Assembly: GCF_009914755.1 (NCBI RefSeq)
Contig: NC_060931.1
Origin: the human T2T-CHM13v2.0 reference genome, Homo sapiens
Length of the DNA stretch: 64,000 nucleotides
Direction: 5' to 3' (one strand)
Both the position numbers and the translations under genes were made by a program. The notes below the pieces were generated by a model that searched no databases, was not told the origin of the DNA, and worked only from the letters and a program-made list of their open reading frames with translations. The first letter of the stretch is position 1, and every line of letters begins with the position of its first letter. Positions 40,661-56,559 of this stretch are shown here, piece by piece.

Positions 40661-42193
40661 CACTATTCTCTCCCAGGGCCTAGTGGGTCTTCGGCTGGAG
40701 AACGCAGGGCTCCAAGGTCCGCACCCGCCACGGTCCTGACCCCTCCTTGCCCTGTGGCCACCGCACCCAAGCTCTGTCCCGGCCACTATGCTGGGATGGG
40801 GACATGAGCCACTGTGGGTCTCTGGGTGGTGCTCCCACCCCAAGCCGAGAGCCGCAGCCCTGCCTGCACCGTGCCTCTCCAAACCCTGTCAGTTCTTCCT
40901 CACCTTGGCCCTTTGAAGCCTAAATGAGAAGATCTATTTATAGCAGTCAGCATATGGACCCTGCCAAATGTGCCCGCTCAGACATATGCTGGCGGCACGC
41001 TCGGCCCAACACCACGCCAAGTCCCTCCCCAAGGCCAAGCTGGCCCAGCTCCCCCGAGGCCTCACGCCCACCAGAGTGTGCTCCCCGGGGTCCCTGGATC
41101 CCCTGGGGTGTGGCAGCTGCTGCAGAGGGGACCCAGGCCTCCAGGGAGAGCTAGCCAGCCACTCGCTTCTAGCCCAGGCTCTGTCCAGGGAGGGCCCCCA
41201 AGTCCCTTCTCCCTCTACCTCCTGGATACAGACAGGTGAGCAGGTGGGAGGTGACAGCCAGAGGCACGGCAAGGGTGTCACCCTGAGAAGAGGGGAGGGG
41301 CCGTCGTCCCAGCCTCAGGTGGGACATGAGCCCAGCTGTTACCCGTAGGGCCCACAGGCGGGCTGGGATGCCTCCTCCACCAGAACTCGCCCCTGCACGT
41401 CCCGATTCTTCCGTAGGGGACCCATGTCTGCTGAGACAGGAGCCGGGCTGGGTTCTTCCCATCATTTGTCCTTTTGTTTAGTCCTCTGAGGGTCGTTTTA
41501 CAGGCACAAAGATTGAAGCCCAGGGTGGGTGGGCTACTTACTCAGGGGCACACAGCAGCAGGCAACAGGATCGGTGTCCAGCATCGGGGTCGGGCTGTGG
41601 GATTCCATCACGCGTGTTCTCTTCAGCACTCATAGCCTCTGTGATCCATGAAGACAGCAACCCTGTTCCGTCCATCTTGGTTCCTTCCCTGCCCACACCC
41701 AAGCACTCAATAAATACCAAGTGAATGAATGATTGTGAGAATGAAGAATGAATGAGCACACGAGGGGGGTGGAGATGGTGAGTGTGAGTCCCCAAGCTTC
41801 AGCCAGGCCTCTCCACCATGCAGTCTTGCTCTTCTCCCTGGGGTAGCTAGAAATGATGAGACAAGGTCTTTTATTCTGATGGGGTTATCTCCTGAGGCTT
41901 TTATTCTGGTGGGGGTATCTCTTGAAGCTCAGCTGTTTCCAGAGGCCAAGAAACTAGGGCTGAATCCTCCCTTTTCTCTTTTCCATGAGAGGGGCAGGGA
42001 AAGGAACTAAGTCTTGGGACCTTCAGTAGTGGGGTGCCCCTGTGGTCAGTCCTGGGCTGCCCTAGAAGGGTAGCCCCAAGCTGTCTCCCCAGCCCCACTC
42101 AAGGGGCCTCCCTTCATTTCCTCATTCAATTCGAGGACTCCACTCCCTTCCAATATTCTGTCTGCCTGGATGCTTTGGCCTTATCCAGTAGTC

Positions 42194-42460
42194 TTTTTTT
42201 GGTCACCCAGGGTGGCATGCAATGGTGTGATCATGGCTCACTGTAGCCTCCACCTCCTGGGCTCAAGGAATCCTCCTGCCTCAGCCTCCCAAGCAGGTGA
42301 GACTACAGGCATGTATCACCATGCCCAGCTGATTTCTTATTTTTTGCATAGATGGGGTCTTGCTTTGTTGCCCAGTCGGATCTTGAACTCCTGGATTCAA
42401 GCAATCCTCCCACCTTGCCCTCCCAAAGCTCCAGGATTACAGGGGTGAGCCACTGTGCCT
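42194..42460 (-). mobile_element. Alu (AluJ)
   Basis: Diverged antisense dimer. Confidence 0.85.
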
Positions 42461-44999
42461 CACCTCCCCTAGTCCTTATTTGCAGCCTGTTGGACTTTTG
42501 AATGCCCAGGGAATGGGCCTTCTCTCCACCCTGTGTGCAGGGGAGTGGTTTGAGAGAGGCCGAGAGGTCCAAGCACCACCCCTTTGCATGGGCGGTTTTC
42601 TGTCCAGAGCCATTGAGAGGCAGGGCCGGACTTGGATCCCAGACCTTCCTGCTCCACCCAGGGGCCTCTCTTTTTGCCTCTCCTGCTCCAGGTTGCGAGG
42701 ACAGGCTTTCCCTTAGGGCGCCAAACAGGGGTGAGAACAGAAGGTCTCCCCCAGGACCTGTGGTCTGCACTGTAGCCCTGGGAGTGACTCCTGCTCCCCA
42801 TCCCCCTGCCACTGCAGTAGCCCCTGTGGAGGGAGCCCAGCCCCGGCCTGCACCCTTCCCAGAGGCTCACTGACTAACAAGGGGCAGCCTCTTTCAGACC
42901 AACCGCATTCTGCGGCCTTTCAGCTGTAATTAATGTTTGCTGTGTTATTAGAGAGATTCTTGATAGGCTCTGAGATGCGGAGGGTTTGCAGAGCTGGCTG
43001 GGCGAGCAGAAGCCAGCTGCTGCCAACAGGCACCCAGTCCTCTTCACTCAGGGTCCTGGCCACCTTCCCTCACAGAAAGCCACTGCCCCAGCGCTCAGGG
43101 TCCCCTGGTTCGGAGGCACCTCCTGGGCTTTGCTCAGACCCCCCACCTTTCCTTCTGTCCATGCAAATCCCACCGATGGCTTTTGGACCACTTCACGCCC
43201 CAGGCAGCACACAGCACATGCGTTTTCTCACGTTCCCCCCTCCAGGAACCCCAGGGTGATGTTAGTATTTTCAGTTTTCAGAGGAGAGAAAACAGAGGCT
43301 GGGAAAGACCCAGAGTTTTGTGAGTATCAGGAACTGAGTGGGAGGATCCAGCTCCACCCGGGTCCCAGCTCCTGTCGGGGAAGGGGAGTTTCACACCAGC
43401 TCCTCCGTGTGTCCAGCGTGTTCACAAACACCATCGCATCTCACTGTCGTGATGGTCCTGTTCATCATCTCATGATGTCCATCATCTCATGATGGCTATC
43501 AGTGGCCCCATTTGTCAGAAAGGTAAACTGAGGCTCAAAGAACTTAAGGACATTCTGCAAATCACCCAGCTGGGGAGCAGCCGGCTGCTCAGGAGGCAAA
43601 CTCAGCTTAAAGCCCAGCTCCTCCTGCCCCGCGGAGCTGCCACTGCCAGCTTCCTCTGGCCCTCACACCACACAGGGCCCCTCTGCTCAACTCACTGCCA
43701 GGAGCCCTCCAATTCTCCAGTGGATTCTTAGAGCCAGAGCTTGGCCCCCTGTGGTGGATGGGGAACGTGAGCTTGGAGGAGGCCTGGGGCTCCCCACCCA
43801 CTCCCTCTTACTTGAGGACTTGGGTTTGGTGTGAGTCAGTGATCCTCCACTGTCCCACAAAGTCCTGCACCCCGGGGCTCAGGGCCAGCTTCTTTTGCTC
43901 AGGGTTCTTGGGTCAGGCACTGGGAAGGGCTCAGCAGGGCGGTTCACCTCTGCTCAGCAGCGGCTCCTTCACTCCCAAGCCAGTGCCATGGCCCTAGCCT
44001 CTCAGTCTCGATGGGACCACACCCCCCACCACCCAGGCCTCACAGCAGGGTGCTGGGAAAGTCGCTTTTCTCACCTGGTGGCTGCTTCTAGGACACAGGA
44101 GGCAGGGTGGCCGGCCTAGCTAGGGGCTGTGCCCAGGACGGACACGGCTTCGCTTCTACCAGCGCCTTGGTTAAGGCTGTCTCAGGCCAGCCCAGATTCA
44201 GGCGTGCTGAGCTAGACCCTGTGTCTCAGCAGGGGGTGTCAAGGTCTCTGCAGACTCCAGGTGGGAGGTAGAGACGCAGCTGTCTTTTGCAGACAGGGTC
44301 GGCCCTAGTAGTCCTGCCTTGAGCCCCTATTTACTTCCTGCGTCTGTTCCTTTTCTCCTATGTTAGAACAGCCGTCCCGAAGGGGCTGAGATTGCTGTTT
44401 ATTCATTTTGTATTGTCTGTGCCCTCCCCTCTCAAATGCCTACTGGGATGTCCATCTGTCAGCACGGATGCCGAGGCACGTAGACCAGCAGGCCCCAGGA
44501 GGTGGGCGGGGGTGGTCTCACAGGCCTAGCCTCAAGGGCAGGGAGCTGGGGTCACCCTCCAAGGCCCTCGGCAGCCCCACCCGGGGACCAGCCCCTCCCA
44601 GATGCCATCTCCGAATCCGCCACGTCGGATGCCTTCCAGGCGGTCATGAGCTCTCCCAGAGGAGGCTTCTCTATCGTTCACCCTGCTTTGAGCTGACCCT
44701 GAATCGTGAAAATCTGGAAAGCACAGAAGACAAATGAGGCGTGACATTTCACTTGAGAAAATGATCATTCACTTTACAAAGCAGTGTGTGGTGTTTGCCT
44801 GCAGGACTTTCCGGAACACATCCACTGGGGAGGGGGGCCAAGCCTACAGAGCCAGGGGCTTCCAGCAGCAACACTGTTTGATGAGCTGGAGGAGGAAGCC
44901 AGGACAGCCTCAAACCCCAAACCAGCCAAGACCCTGCAGGAAATGAAACCCCACCCTGATCTCACCCGTGAATATTGGATCAAAAAGCCTCAAAGACAC

Positions 45000-46030
45000 T
45001 CAAGGAAATCCAATTCCACAGAATATCACAGAGATAAGAATCGGCCATGATTATGTAGAAGTTATACAAAAAATTCAAAGTTGGCTTAATATTAGATAAA
45101 TCTATTAATAAACTACACAGTGTCCACAGGTCAGCTGGAATGCACATTCATAATGACGAAAGGCATTTGATAAAATCCAGTGCCAATTTCGGATTTTAAA
45201 GTAACTGCTAGAAATAGAACCAGAAACACACGTCTTTATCGAAGTCAAGAATCTGTCTCAGTTCAACAGCCAGAATCATTCTAGGTGATGAGATTTTTTA
45301 ATGATTCCCATTCAGAAACTTATATTAAAAAACAGCAATGCTTTCATCATTGTCCAGAAATTCTGGACATAGCAATAAGACATGAAACAGAATTAAATGG
45401 GATGTCTACAGGGAAGAATTGTAATTATTTGCTGACAAAATGATTCAAGATCTTAGAAACCCAAGAGAAGCAACTGAGAAAAAAAATGACTTAATATAAA
45501 AATTTAATACGAAGGTGCTGGGCTGGAAATCAAACCAACATATACAAATCAATAACTTTTCTCTGAACTAACAACAGCTAGTCGAGACACATAATTAAAT
45601 AAACGGTCCCCACTTACAACGGCACCAATAAAACAACAAAACCCTCCCAATTCCCAGGAATGAATCGACAAGAGAAATTTAGGATCATTATGAAAAACTC
45701 TCTAAAGTTATCCTGAGAGATATCAAAGAAAACAAGAGTGGTGAGATGTGCCGTGTTGGAATATTACCCGAAAGTCTTTCCAGAATTAATTCACAGGTTT
45801 ACCACCATCCATCAACAGGCTCGCAGCGAGTTTTACAAAGCGAGATAAAATCATTCTAAAAGTTCATCTGGATGAATATTCAAATGGCAAGACTAAAGAA
45901 ACGCAGAAAAGGGAGAATGATGAAGGATGTCTTTCCTGCCAGGTATGGAAGCTTTTTATAGAGTTATGGTGATTGATATTGTGCTGAAATTGGTAAAAGA
46001 AGAGAGGGGAGGTGTTATCAATAGAAATAG
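45000..46030 (+). mobile_element. Decayed L1 ORF2 (reverse transcriptase region) relic
   Basis: aaggcatttgataaaatccag (KAFDKIQ) at about 45160 and ttatttgctgacaaaatgatt (LFADxMI) at about 45425; A-rich sense strand. Confidence 0.75.
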
Positions 46031-46206
46031 GAGAAATGGTCCCACACAGAGGCCTCATGAGAGGGTGACCATATGACAATTTATTGCCCCAAATGGGATA
46101 CTTTTAGAGTGACAAGAGGATGTATTCACCATTATACGGGGAAACAGACATGCACAGGGCCCATCCCAGGAAAACCGTGACATATGCCGATTTCAGATTG
46201 CCTTCC

Positions 46207-46508
46207 TTTATTTATTTATATATTTTTTGAGACGGAGTCTCGCTCTGTCGCCCAGGCTGGGGTGCAGTGGTGCGATCTCAGCTCACTGCAATCTCCGCAG
46301 GAGAATCAAACGATTCTCCTGTCTCAGCCTCCTGAGTAGCTGGGATTACAGGCCCCCACCACCACGCCTGGCTAATTTTTGTATTTTTAGTAGAGACGGG
46401 GTTTTGCCATGTTGGCCAGGCTGGTCTGGAACTCCTGAGCTCAGGTGATCCGTCCGCCTCGGCCTCCCAAAGTGCTGGGATTATAAGCATGAGCCAGGTG
46501 CCTGGCCT
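46207..46508 (-). mobile_element. Alu (AluS) with an internal micro-inversion
   Basis: Antisense dimer; see the finding at 46298-46321. Confidence 0.9.
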
Positions 46509-47345
46509 GGTTGCCTTCCGTTATAGGCAGCTATGGAGTTAATATTTCCCTGAATTCATTCAGCATGCACTGCCTACTCAGTGCCTGGAAAGGAAACCCC
46601 AGCTCCAGCCCTACCTGCCCCGAGCTTTCGGTGCAGAAGGTGGACTCTAGGTGGAGATAGATGGGAATCAGAGCCTGGCAGCGTGGGGTCACAGCGGAGC
46701 AAGCACAGGCAGCCCCGGTTACAGAGGGGAGGTTCCAGCCCCAATCTGGGGGCTGAACAGAGAAGCCCACTGAGTGGGGGAACATTGGGGTGCTGGGAGG
46801 GGTTCACGTCCCAGGCAGAGGAAACAGCATGTCAGCAAAAATGCAAGAAGTCCAGGCGAATCACAGCCTCAAATGGCAAAATGAGAGCTGAGAGACAGCA
46901 AGGACCCTCACTGATGCCCAGTCAGCCCCTTTAAGAAGTGCGGACTCTCTCCAGGGTACTGGGGAGCCACGTAAGGTTGCAGGGGGTAGGAGGAGAGGCA
47001 GGAGATGCTCCAGCCTGGGTGGAGATGGAGCACCAGAAATCAGCCCGAGGGAATAGATTACTCAACATAGTGTCAGGGCAATTTGTTGCCTATTTGGGGG
47101 AAGGGAGAAAATCAATTTTGATCCTTCTTTACACCAGAAAAATAGTCTGCAGGTGGATTGACAGTTAAATGTAAGAATTCAAACAGTAAAGAGGTTGGTA
47201 GACAGAGGCGGGTGTCCTGTCTCAGGATGGCATGGAGTTCCCCGAGCCGCAAAGCAGGGGAAGGCCATGTCGGTGGGGAGAAATATGCCCCACGGAGCTG
47301 ATGACAAGCAAGTCAAAAGCAAGCATCTCCAGGCTGTGGCAGTAG

Positions 47346-48216
<871 letters not shown>

Positions 48217-49256
48217 TGATCATTTATTTCCCTTATTAGTTTAACATTTGAGGGCTAATTGCTCATTTCTAACCTTCACCCCAAAACCATGCCCCAAATC
48301 TCTAGCACAATTAACAGCAGCCAGGAAACACAGATTCAGTCATTGTGGTAATGGTGCTGTGAGGCAGGATCTGTGCTTGCAGACAGCCCACACGCCTGTG
48401 CACCTGCGCCTGGGGAGAGGGGAGCCAGGCCTCAGCTCCCCCAAAGGGTCCTTCCAGCATCTTAGCAGGAGGTCCTGTTCTACCACTAGGCTGTGACCCC
48501 CGGTCAGAACAGGGACAGAATCTGCAAGCTTGAGATCATCAGAAAGGCTTTCCCAGAGCTCAGGGGCTCCTGGAGGTCAGGGTACTACTAGGAAGAGAAG
48601 AACCAGCACCTGTCTGCCTTCAGTCTCAAACCAGCCATCCCTGAAAGCAACTGGAGAGATTCAGGTCAGACTAAAGATAGAACTTCCAGCTGCCAGGGTT
48701 ATGAGGGCGTGATGAGGAAAGTGCCAGGCATCCTTGGACACCTAGACCCTTGCCTGGCATAAGTGATGCGCTTTCTGACGGTGGTGGGAGGGGGACCAGT
48801 GTTCCTGGAGAGGGTCATTCCTCCTCTCCCGGGGCCAGCCAGCTACCCGCACCCCACATCCCTGCCAGCGCCGGAGCAGGGAACCATTGCAAAGTGATTT
48901 CTCCCTCCAACGGCGCCACACATCATGTTTTTTAATTTAAAAGATGCCCCGTGGAAGCATAACAGACCATTAAATGTTTGAGTCTCTAATTAACTCCAGA
49001 GCAGCCCGGGGCTGCGAGCCCAGAGGTAGGATGGCAGAATAAGCCTGGTGTATCCCAGGAGGCAGCACTCAGGGCCCCAGCCCCAGCCCTGAGCCCTCCC
49101 CGCTCTGGTCGGGAGGAGGCAGAGGGGACCAGGCACCCCCTTCCCGACCTTCCAGGGCCAGGGCCTTGGGGAGGGTCTGTCTCACCCAGCCCTGGGCTCC
49201 CACTCCGGGGCCTGCCTCTGCATATTCTGGGGTGAGGCAGGAATCTGCATTTTCAC

Positions 49257-49679
<423 letters not shown>

Positions 49680-52600
49680 TGAGGTAACACTAACCTTTGC
49701 CTCCCTGAACCCTGGGGAGGGGCTTTGCATGCGGGAGGTGCTGCACACCGGCGGACCGTCGAGGAAACAGGAGCTTTTCTCTGTTGCACACTTGTAGGGT
49801 GTTCCTGCTCTTGGGGGCAGGGCAGGGGGAGCCCTGCAGCTTCCATGAGTCGTGTGGATGGCCCAAGGTCACATGGTAAGGTCGTCAGGCACTCGGCACC
49901 GTTCCCATAGCCCCTTGACCTTCCCCAGCACTCACCGAGTCCTCACACAGTGGGGACGTGGTGCAGGCAGCAGTCCCCTCCGTTCTACTCCCCAGCCCGG
50001 CCTCCTGGAGGGCAAGGCGGAGGTCAGGGGCCTGCTAGACCCAACCCTGCGGCCATGTCCCCAGGAGCCAGCCCCGCCGAGTCAGCCCTCCCAGCCCTGG
50101 CCTTGCCTGCAACCCCCGCCAGCCTCCCCTGGACAATAGGATGGGAGCAGGGAGCGGAAGAGAGGACTGGGTCTGGGGGAGCCATGAGGGAGCCCCCAGA
50201 GCTGGTGAGATCCCTCAATGGGCCCCCCTCTGTGGGCACCAGGTCCGGCAACTGTGCTGAAGGAAAACCCACATATGTCCAGCGTGCGGCTCCATCTCCC
50301 ATACTGCCTTGCACTCACCTTCCCTCCCCTACTGAGGAGGAAATGAGTGTCTACTGGGCACCCCCTTGTACCCAGCATCATGCCAGGAGCCTTCAGTAAC
50401 TGGTGATGCATCCCCCACCACAACCCTGGGAGGCGGACACCGTGATGATCTCTGTTTGACAGATGAGGGGACTGAGGCTAAGAGAGGTTAAGTGACATGC
50501 CCAAGGTCACACAGCAGGCGCACGGCAGAGCCAACACCATCTCCTGGCCCACGATGGTTCTGTGTCCCCTGACGCAGCAGGTGCACAGGCGGGCCCCCCA
50601 CCTGCTCCTAGCTGGGCCGGGTCACCGTGGCAGGCCTTGCGGCTCGAGGCCCAACTGCCCTGATATGCCTATCACAGCCTCATGGGCTCTGCGGCAGAGC
50701 CCAGGGAGACAGACAGGGCGAGAGCCAAGCTGCAGAGGCAGGCAGACGTTAGCAGTAAACATGATCTATCGGCAAAACATTGGAACGATGAAAAGTTATC
50801 GATCTATAGCTTTCCAACCATCTCCCCGCCTCCCCCACACGTCTGGCCCTCCGCCCACCTTTCCCCCTGGAGCTGGAAACTTCGCTCCATCAGCAGAATC
50901 CTCAGTCCAGCCCCGGCCCCGGCCCCACACCAGCCCTGGCCTCTTGTCTGGTTTAAATGATCGAGACGAGGAACAATATTTTTAGACAGATGCACGCCCG
51001 TCCCAGCACGGCTGTTGTGATTATGCAAATTCAGTCGTAAGAAGTTTAAAAGCCTGGAACCACCATATTTCTTGATTTCATTAGTGATGACACAGGCCGC
51101 GGAAGGAACTTGGTGCCCACCTCACACGCACTGTCCCCATCGTCCCCTGGGGGACAGCGGGGTGCTCTCTGCAGGGGGCAGTGTGTGTGAGGGTGATCAC
51201 GAGATGTCATAAGGGCTCCAGCTGGGGAGACACCAGGCGCCGCACACAATCCCAAGAGTCCTTGGAGGCATCTGGTTCAACAATTTCATGTTAGGATGGG
51301 GGAAACTGAGGCCTGGAGGTGGGAATTGGAGACCTGGGACTCTGGCTCTGGCCCGGATGCCTGGCCTCTCCTGCTGTGGCCAGCTCTCCCAGCAACTCCA
51401 GTATTCAGACGGGAGAGGGTCTCCCAGGAGAGGGTTCTCAGGGAGCAATGCTGCACTCTCTCCTCCCACCCCTTCTGAGCAGAGAAGCCCAGGGAGGGGA
51501 GATGATCCAGTTAAAGAACAGGCTCCTCTCCCAGCACTCAAGCCCTTCCACCTGCCCCCAGCTACCCCTGCAGCCCCACCTCCCGCCCAGCATTGCCCGC
51601 CACTGCCTGTGCCCTGGACACCCCACACTCCCTGGAGGGGCCTCCTGCCTTCATGGCTCGAACACACCCCCTCTCCCTGGGATGCCTGTTACCCTCCTTC
51701 CCTAACTCCTACTCTTCTGCTGGGGCCCTTCGAGCGCAGCTCCTGCCAAAGCCCTGCCTGGTTACACCCCGTCTCGCACACCTCCCTAGCCCAGCCAAGC
51801 CTCCTCTTTCCCTGCAGGCCCCACGGTGGTCTGTAAGTCCTTCAGGGGCCCCGTGGTTCCTAGATGTCCAGTCCCTGGCAACCCACCTTCAGTGGACAGA
51901 GCAAGGCCAGGAGATGAACACGGACCCTCCTGCTCCGGGTCTCGGGGGCACAGCAGGCGGTAGACTGGCTGGCCCCTGGCTCTGAATCCCAGCAGATTCC
52001 AGCTGGAGTCGGGGTCTTTTCTGCTGTCCGAGGCGGGTGGGTCCCACTCTCAGATGCGAAGCCACTCGCCCTCCACCCATCCAGGAGAGAGAGCTTCTTC
52101 GGGAAGGTCAAATGTGCTTCAGACTCCGTCCTTTTGAGTGTTCCCTCCACCTTCAACGTTCCCTGAAGTGGCCAGCTCATTCCATCGGGGGCATTCCCGC
52201 TCACACCACCTCCCCGCAGCCCTGTCCTCTGCGCCAGCTCCTGCTTGAACACCCCTGCTGATGGGGGGCTCACTACCTGCCACAGCTTGTTGGACAGAGC
52301 TGGGTCCCAGGAGTGCTCCTGTTTCCAGAGGCCACTGGTGGTTCCTGCCCCTTCTCCACCCTCCAGACAGGCCCAGAGCCGAGCACATTTCCAGGGTCAC
52401 CTGGCCTAAAGTCTGACCCCGTTCTCTGTTCTCCCGGCTTCTGTGTCTGTCCCCCTGATCAGCACTCTCTGTGAATAGGGTATGCCGGCCACCCCTTCCA
52501 GCTCCCTCCAGGCCCTGCCTGTGGGAGGCAGAGCTGTCCCAAGGTGGAAGCCTGGTAGGCTCAGTCCTGGGACAGGCAGATGCCCCCAGGACAGCCGAGG

Positions 52601-53015
52601 TCCCCGTGCGACAAGCAGACCTCGCCAGCGGCTGTGAGTGAACGCAGCGGTTCTGGGAGCCCATTTCCCCCGCTAGCCCAGGCGACCCTGGCCAGTCCCT
52701 TCACTCGAGGGGCTTCCCACCCAGACCACGGAGGGCGCGTGGTCCCATGTCCCATGGCGTGGCCTGTGGTGCTCTTGTGGCTGCCCAGGGCCGGGCACGT
52801 GGAGGCCTCTCTCCATCTGGGTGAGGGGCGTCAGACACTGAAGCTGGTACGGATGTGCACAGACCGATGAGACCTGGCGGGGTATGGCCCAAAGCTGAGA
52901 TGCAGGACCCCCTGTGGGTTAGGGTTAGGACCCCCTAACCCCCTGCGGGCATGTCATATCTTTCCTGAGGGGGTAACAGGGAAGCATATGGGCTTGATCA
53001 AACATGAAGTGGATG

Positions 53016-53169
53016 GCCGGGTGTCGTGACATACACCTGTAATCCCAGTGCTTTGGGAAGCTGAGGCAGGAGGATGGCTTGAGCCCAGGAGGCCAAGGCT
53101 GCAGTGAGCTATGATTGTACCACTGCACTCCAGCCCGGGCAACAGAGCGAGACCCACCTCTTTAAAAAA
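53016..53169 (+). mobile_element. Alu monomer (FRAM/FLAM-like)
   Basis: ggccgggtgtcgtgacatacacctgtaatcccag...gggcaacagagcgagacc. Confidence 0.85.
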
Positions 53170-54534
53170 GTACAAAAGGAAGTTAATGTTTGTGAGAAAC
53201 CACAAGCTCCCTGGGAGGAGTGGTCTTTACTCCCATTCAACGGAAGAGGAAGCAGAGCCAGCGCATCCCAGCCCGTGCGCAGCGTGGCCCGAGTCTGTCC
53301 AGTCCTGGCTGCTGGGCACCGCGCCGGCCCTGGGATGCCACAGCAGTGACCAGGACACACAGCTCCTGCTCTTGCAGTGGCAGGAGGAGCTCCAACATGA
53401 ATTAAAAGTAAATAACCAAGCAGAACATCAGGGAGAGAGAAGGGCCAGGATTTAAACTAGGTGGGGGCTGAGAGTGAATTCGGGGTGCAGAGCAGGGAGG
53501 GCTCTTGGGGCAACGCTGCTGCGTCTCGGAGTGAATGACAGGAGGGAGCTTCCCAGGCGGAGGGGCGGCTGGTGCAGGTTCTTCAGCCAGGAAGGGGGCA
53601 TGCACCAGAGGACTGGGAGTGAGAAGGAGCGGAGGCCCATCCAGTGGGCCCTGGAGATTGTGTCTGGAGGCCGGATTCTCCTCCACGCGTGGAGGACTGG
53701 ACGCCCTCAGGGCTGCGCGGGGCCGCAGGACCGCCTTGGTGGTTAGCGAGGCTCCCTCTGGCTGTGGAGGGAGAATGGATTGTGGGTGCCAGGAGACCAG
53801 GTGGTACCTTGGGCGTCGTCCCCGCTGGAGGTGGGTTTGGGCGGTCGTGGTGGGAGTGGAGTGATTCCAGATGCTTCTGCAGGTGGATTAGATGCTGCTG
53901 GAGTTGGACCAGGTGTGGGGGGAGGAAAGAGAGGAGTCCAGAATGCGGCGTCAACTTTTGGTGTAGGAATGTGGCGGATGGTGAGGCAGGGAGATGCCAG
54001 CGGGGACGGGAACTTGGAGCAGCCACTTAGACGCAACGGGGGAGAATCTTCAAGTCGGGGGCAGCCGAGGGCCTCAAGATAGACCGAGGGTCAGCTGCAC
54101 AGAGACAAGAGCACGGGGCACAAGACCCCCTGGGAGAGCTGGGGAGAGGAGGCAGTGAGGACCGAGCCTAGCCTGGAACATGTGGAGTCGTGGGGAAGGT
54201 GAAGGAGGCTGGACAGAGAGGGCGGTGGCTGGGATGCTGGAGTGGAGAGGGCGGCAGGAGGGAGCCAGCAGCTTCCTGGGCCAAGGGCTGCCGAGAGGCT
54301 GAGCAAGACAAAAATGGGCCCTGGCAGGGCAGAGGTCACCGGTGGCCTTGGTGAGAGCGGCTCAGAGGGCCCGAGGGGGGACGCCCGGTGGGGCGGGGCT
54401 GAGGATGGAAGAGGAGGTGAGGGAGGGGGATGGAAACTGCTGGCGATCCTTCCAAGAAAACCTGCTGCAATGAGGCAGAGGCTGGAAGTTACACAGGTCA
54501 AGTTGGTTTGTTTTATGGAAGGTTCTAGAACTAC

Positions 54535-54617
54535 GAGTTCCAATACGGCAGCTACTAGCCACGTTTCTGGCACTCCAGAGCCACAGGGGACCCGTGGCCA
54601 CCCTGTTGGACAGCGCA
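54535..54617. mobile_element. Internally deleted MER3-like hAT MITE
   Basis: The ends ccaatacggcagctactagccac and gtggccaccctgttggacagcgca resemble MER3 terminal inverted repeats. Confidence 0.5.
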
Positions 54618-55357
54618 AGTACAGAACCTCTGTGCATCCAAGAAAGTGGTGTGGGCAGGATGGCATTGCAGAGGGCTGGAGGTATCAGACCTGAGGGGTG
54701 CCCATTCCAGAGGCGCCACGGCCTCTGTGTCTCCCTGAGGCAGGAGGCCAGGCCCTGGGAGCAGGTGCAGATGGGCTGAGAGGAAGGGAGCTCCTTTCAG
54801 GCAGTGGGGAGCCGCCCTCCTGAGGGATGCCTATTGCCCTCCCTGGGGCCTTGTGGTCCACGCCCATACGAGCCTCTGGGTCTGAGGCAGCAAGTGTGCT
54901 GAGGAGGGGACCAGGGCTGGAGCTGGGTCTGTGAAGGACAGTAACGCCCATGCGGGGTCTCCGCACCTGCCCTCCGTGCCAGACAGCACTCCTTTCTAGA
55001 AATGTTGTTTAATGATCGGATCGCTGGACGTGGGGTGCAGCGGCAGGTGTGAGTGCGGATCAGCGAGGGCACAGGCTGGCGGGGCATCGAGAGTGACTTG
55101 AGTGAGCGAGCCCAGCTGGAAAGGGCTTTGGGGGGGCCTGTGGTCTGTCCAGAACCTTCCTAGGTGATTCGGCCTTTCCCTGTTTCCTGTGCCAGGTCCG
55201 CAGCCTCTGCCCTTGGGGACTCCTGGACCCGGGCCACCCCCCGAACCCCTCCTAGCACAGCACCTGTCCAGCCTCTCCCCCCCGGCCCCTGACAGGAGGC
55301 TGCACAGGGCTGACTCACAGTGTGACTTCGGACAAGTCCTTCTGTGTCTGTGCCTCA

Positions 55358-55936
<579 letters not shown>

Positions 55937-56559
55937 TCACCTGTACTCTGGGGCAGGGGCCGAGCAGGAAGGTGAGGGCTGGACTCTGGGCTGGGGACGG
56001 CCTGCCTCCCTCATCACACAGGCTCCCCAGCCTGATGGAGGAGGGCTCAGAGCTGGGTGGGGAGGTGAGGCTGCGTTCCCAGCACCACTCCCAAGGAGTC
56101 TGATGCACAGATTCTTATACTCACAATGGGGGGAGTGGGGCATGGTGGTACGGAAAGGGCTGGCAGGGGATGAACCAGGTGAGCCAGGAAGGGGGAGAGA
56201 GTGTGGCACCCAGCCAGGCCCTGGAGATGTCAGCCACCGGTGCACACTTAGAGCGTGTTTCCTGCATGCATGCAACATGCCAGACATACAGACCCCCGTG
56301 CATGTGTGAACATGAGGAGGAAATCTGGGGGGCTCCGAGCTGCACCACCGAGGTGCCACCCACACCTGCCTCCACCCAGCCCCAGACGCACCAGAGCCCC
56401 AGGCCTCGCTGCCCAGACAGGGGGTCCTCAGTGACACCTGCTCTGCCCAGGGCCCCAGTGAGCATGGCCTGCGCACTCATGTACACAATCACCTGCCCTG
56501 TGTACACACCTGTGCACACACATCTGTACACACACACAGACAACCTGGCACACACATAC

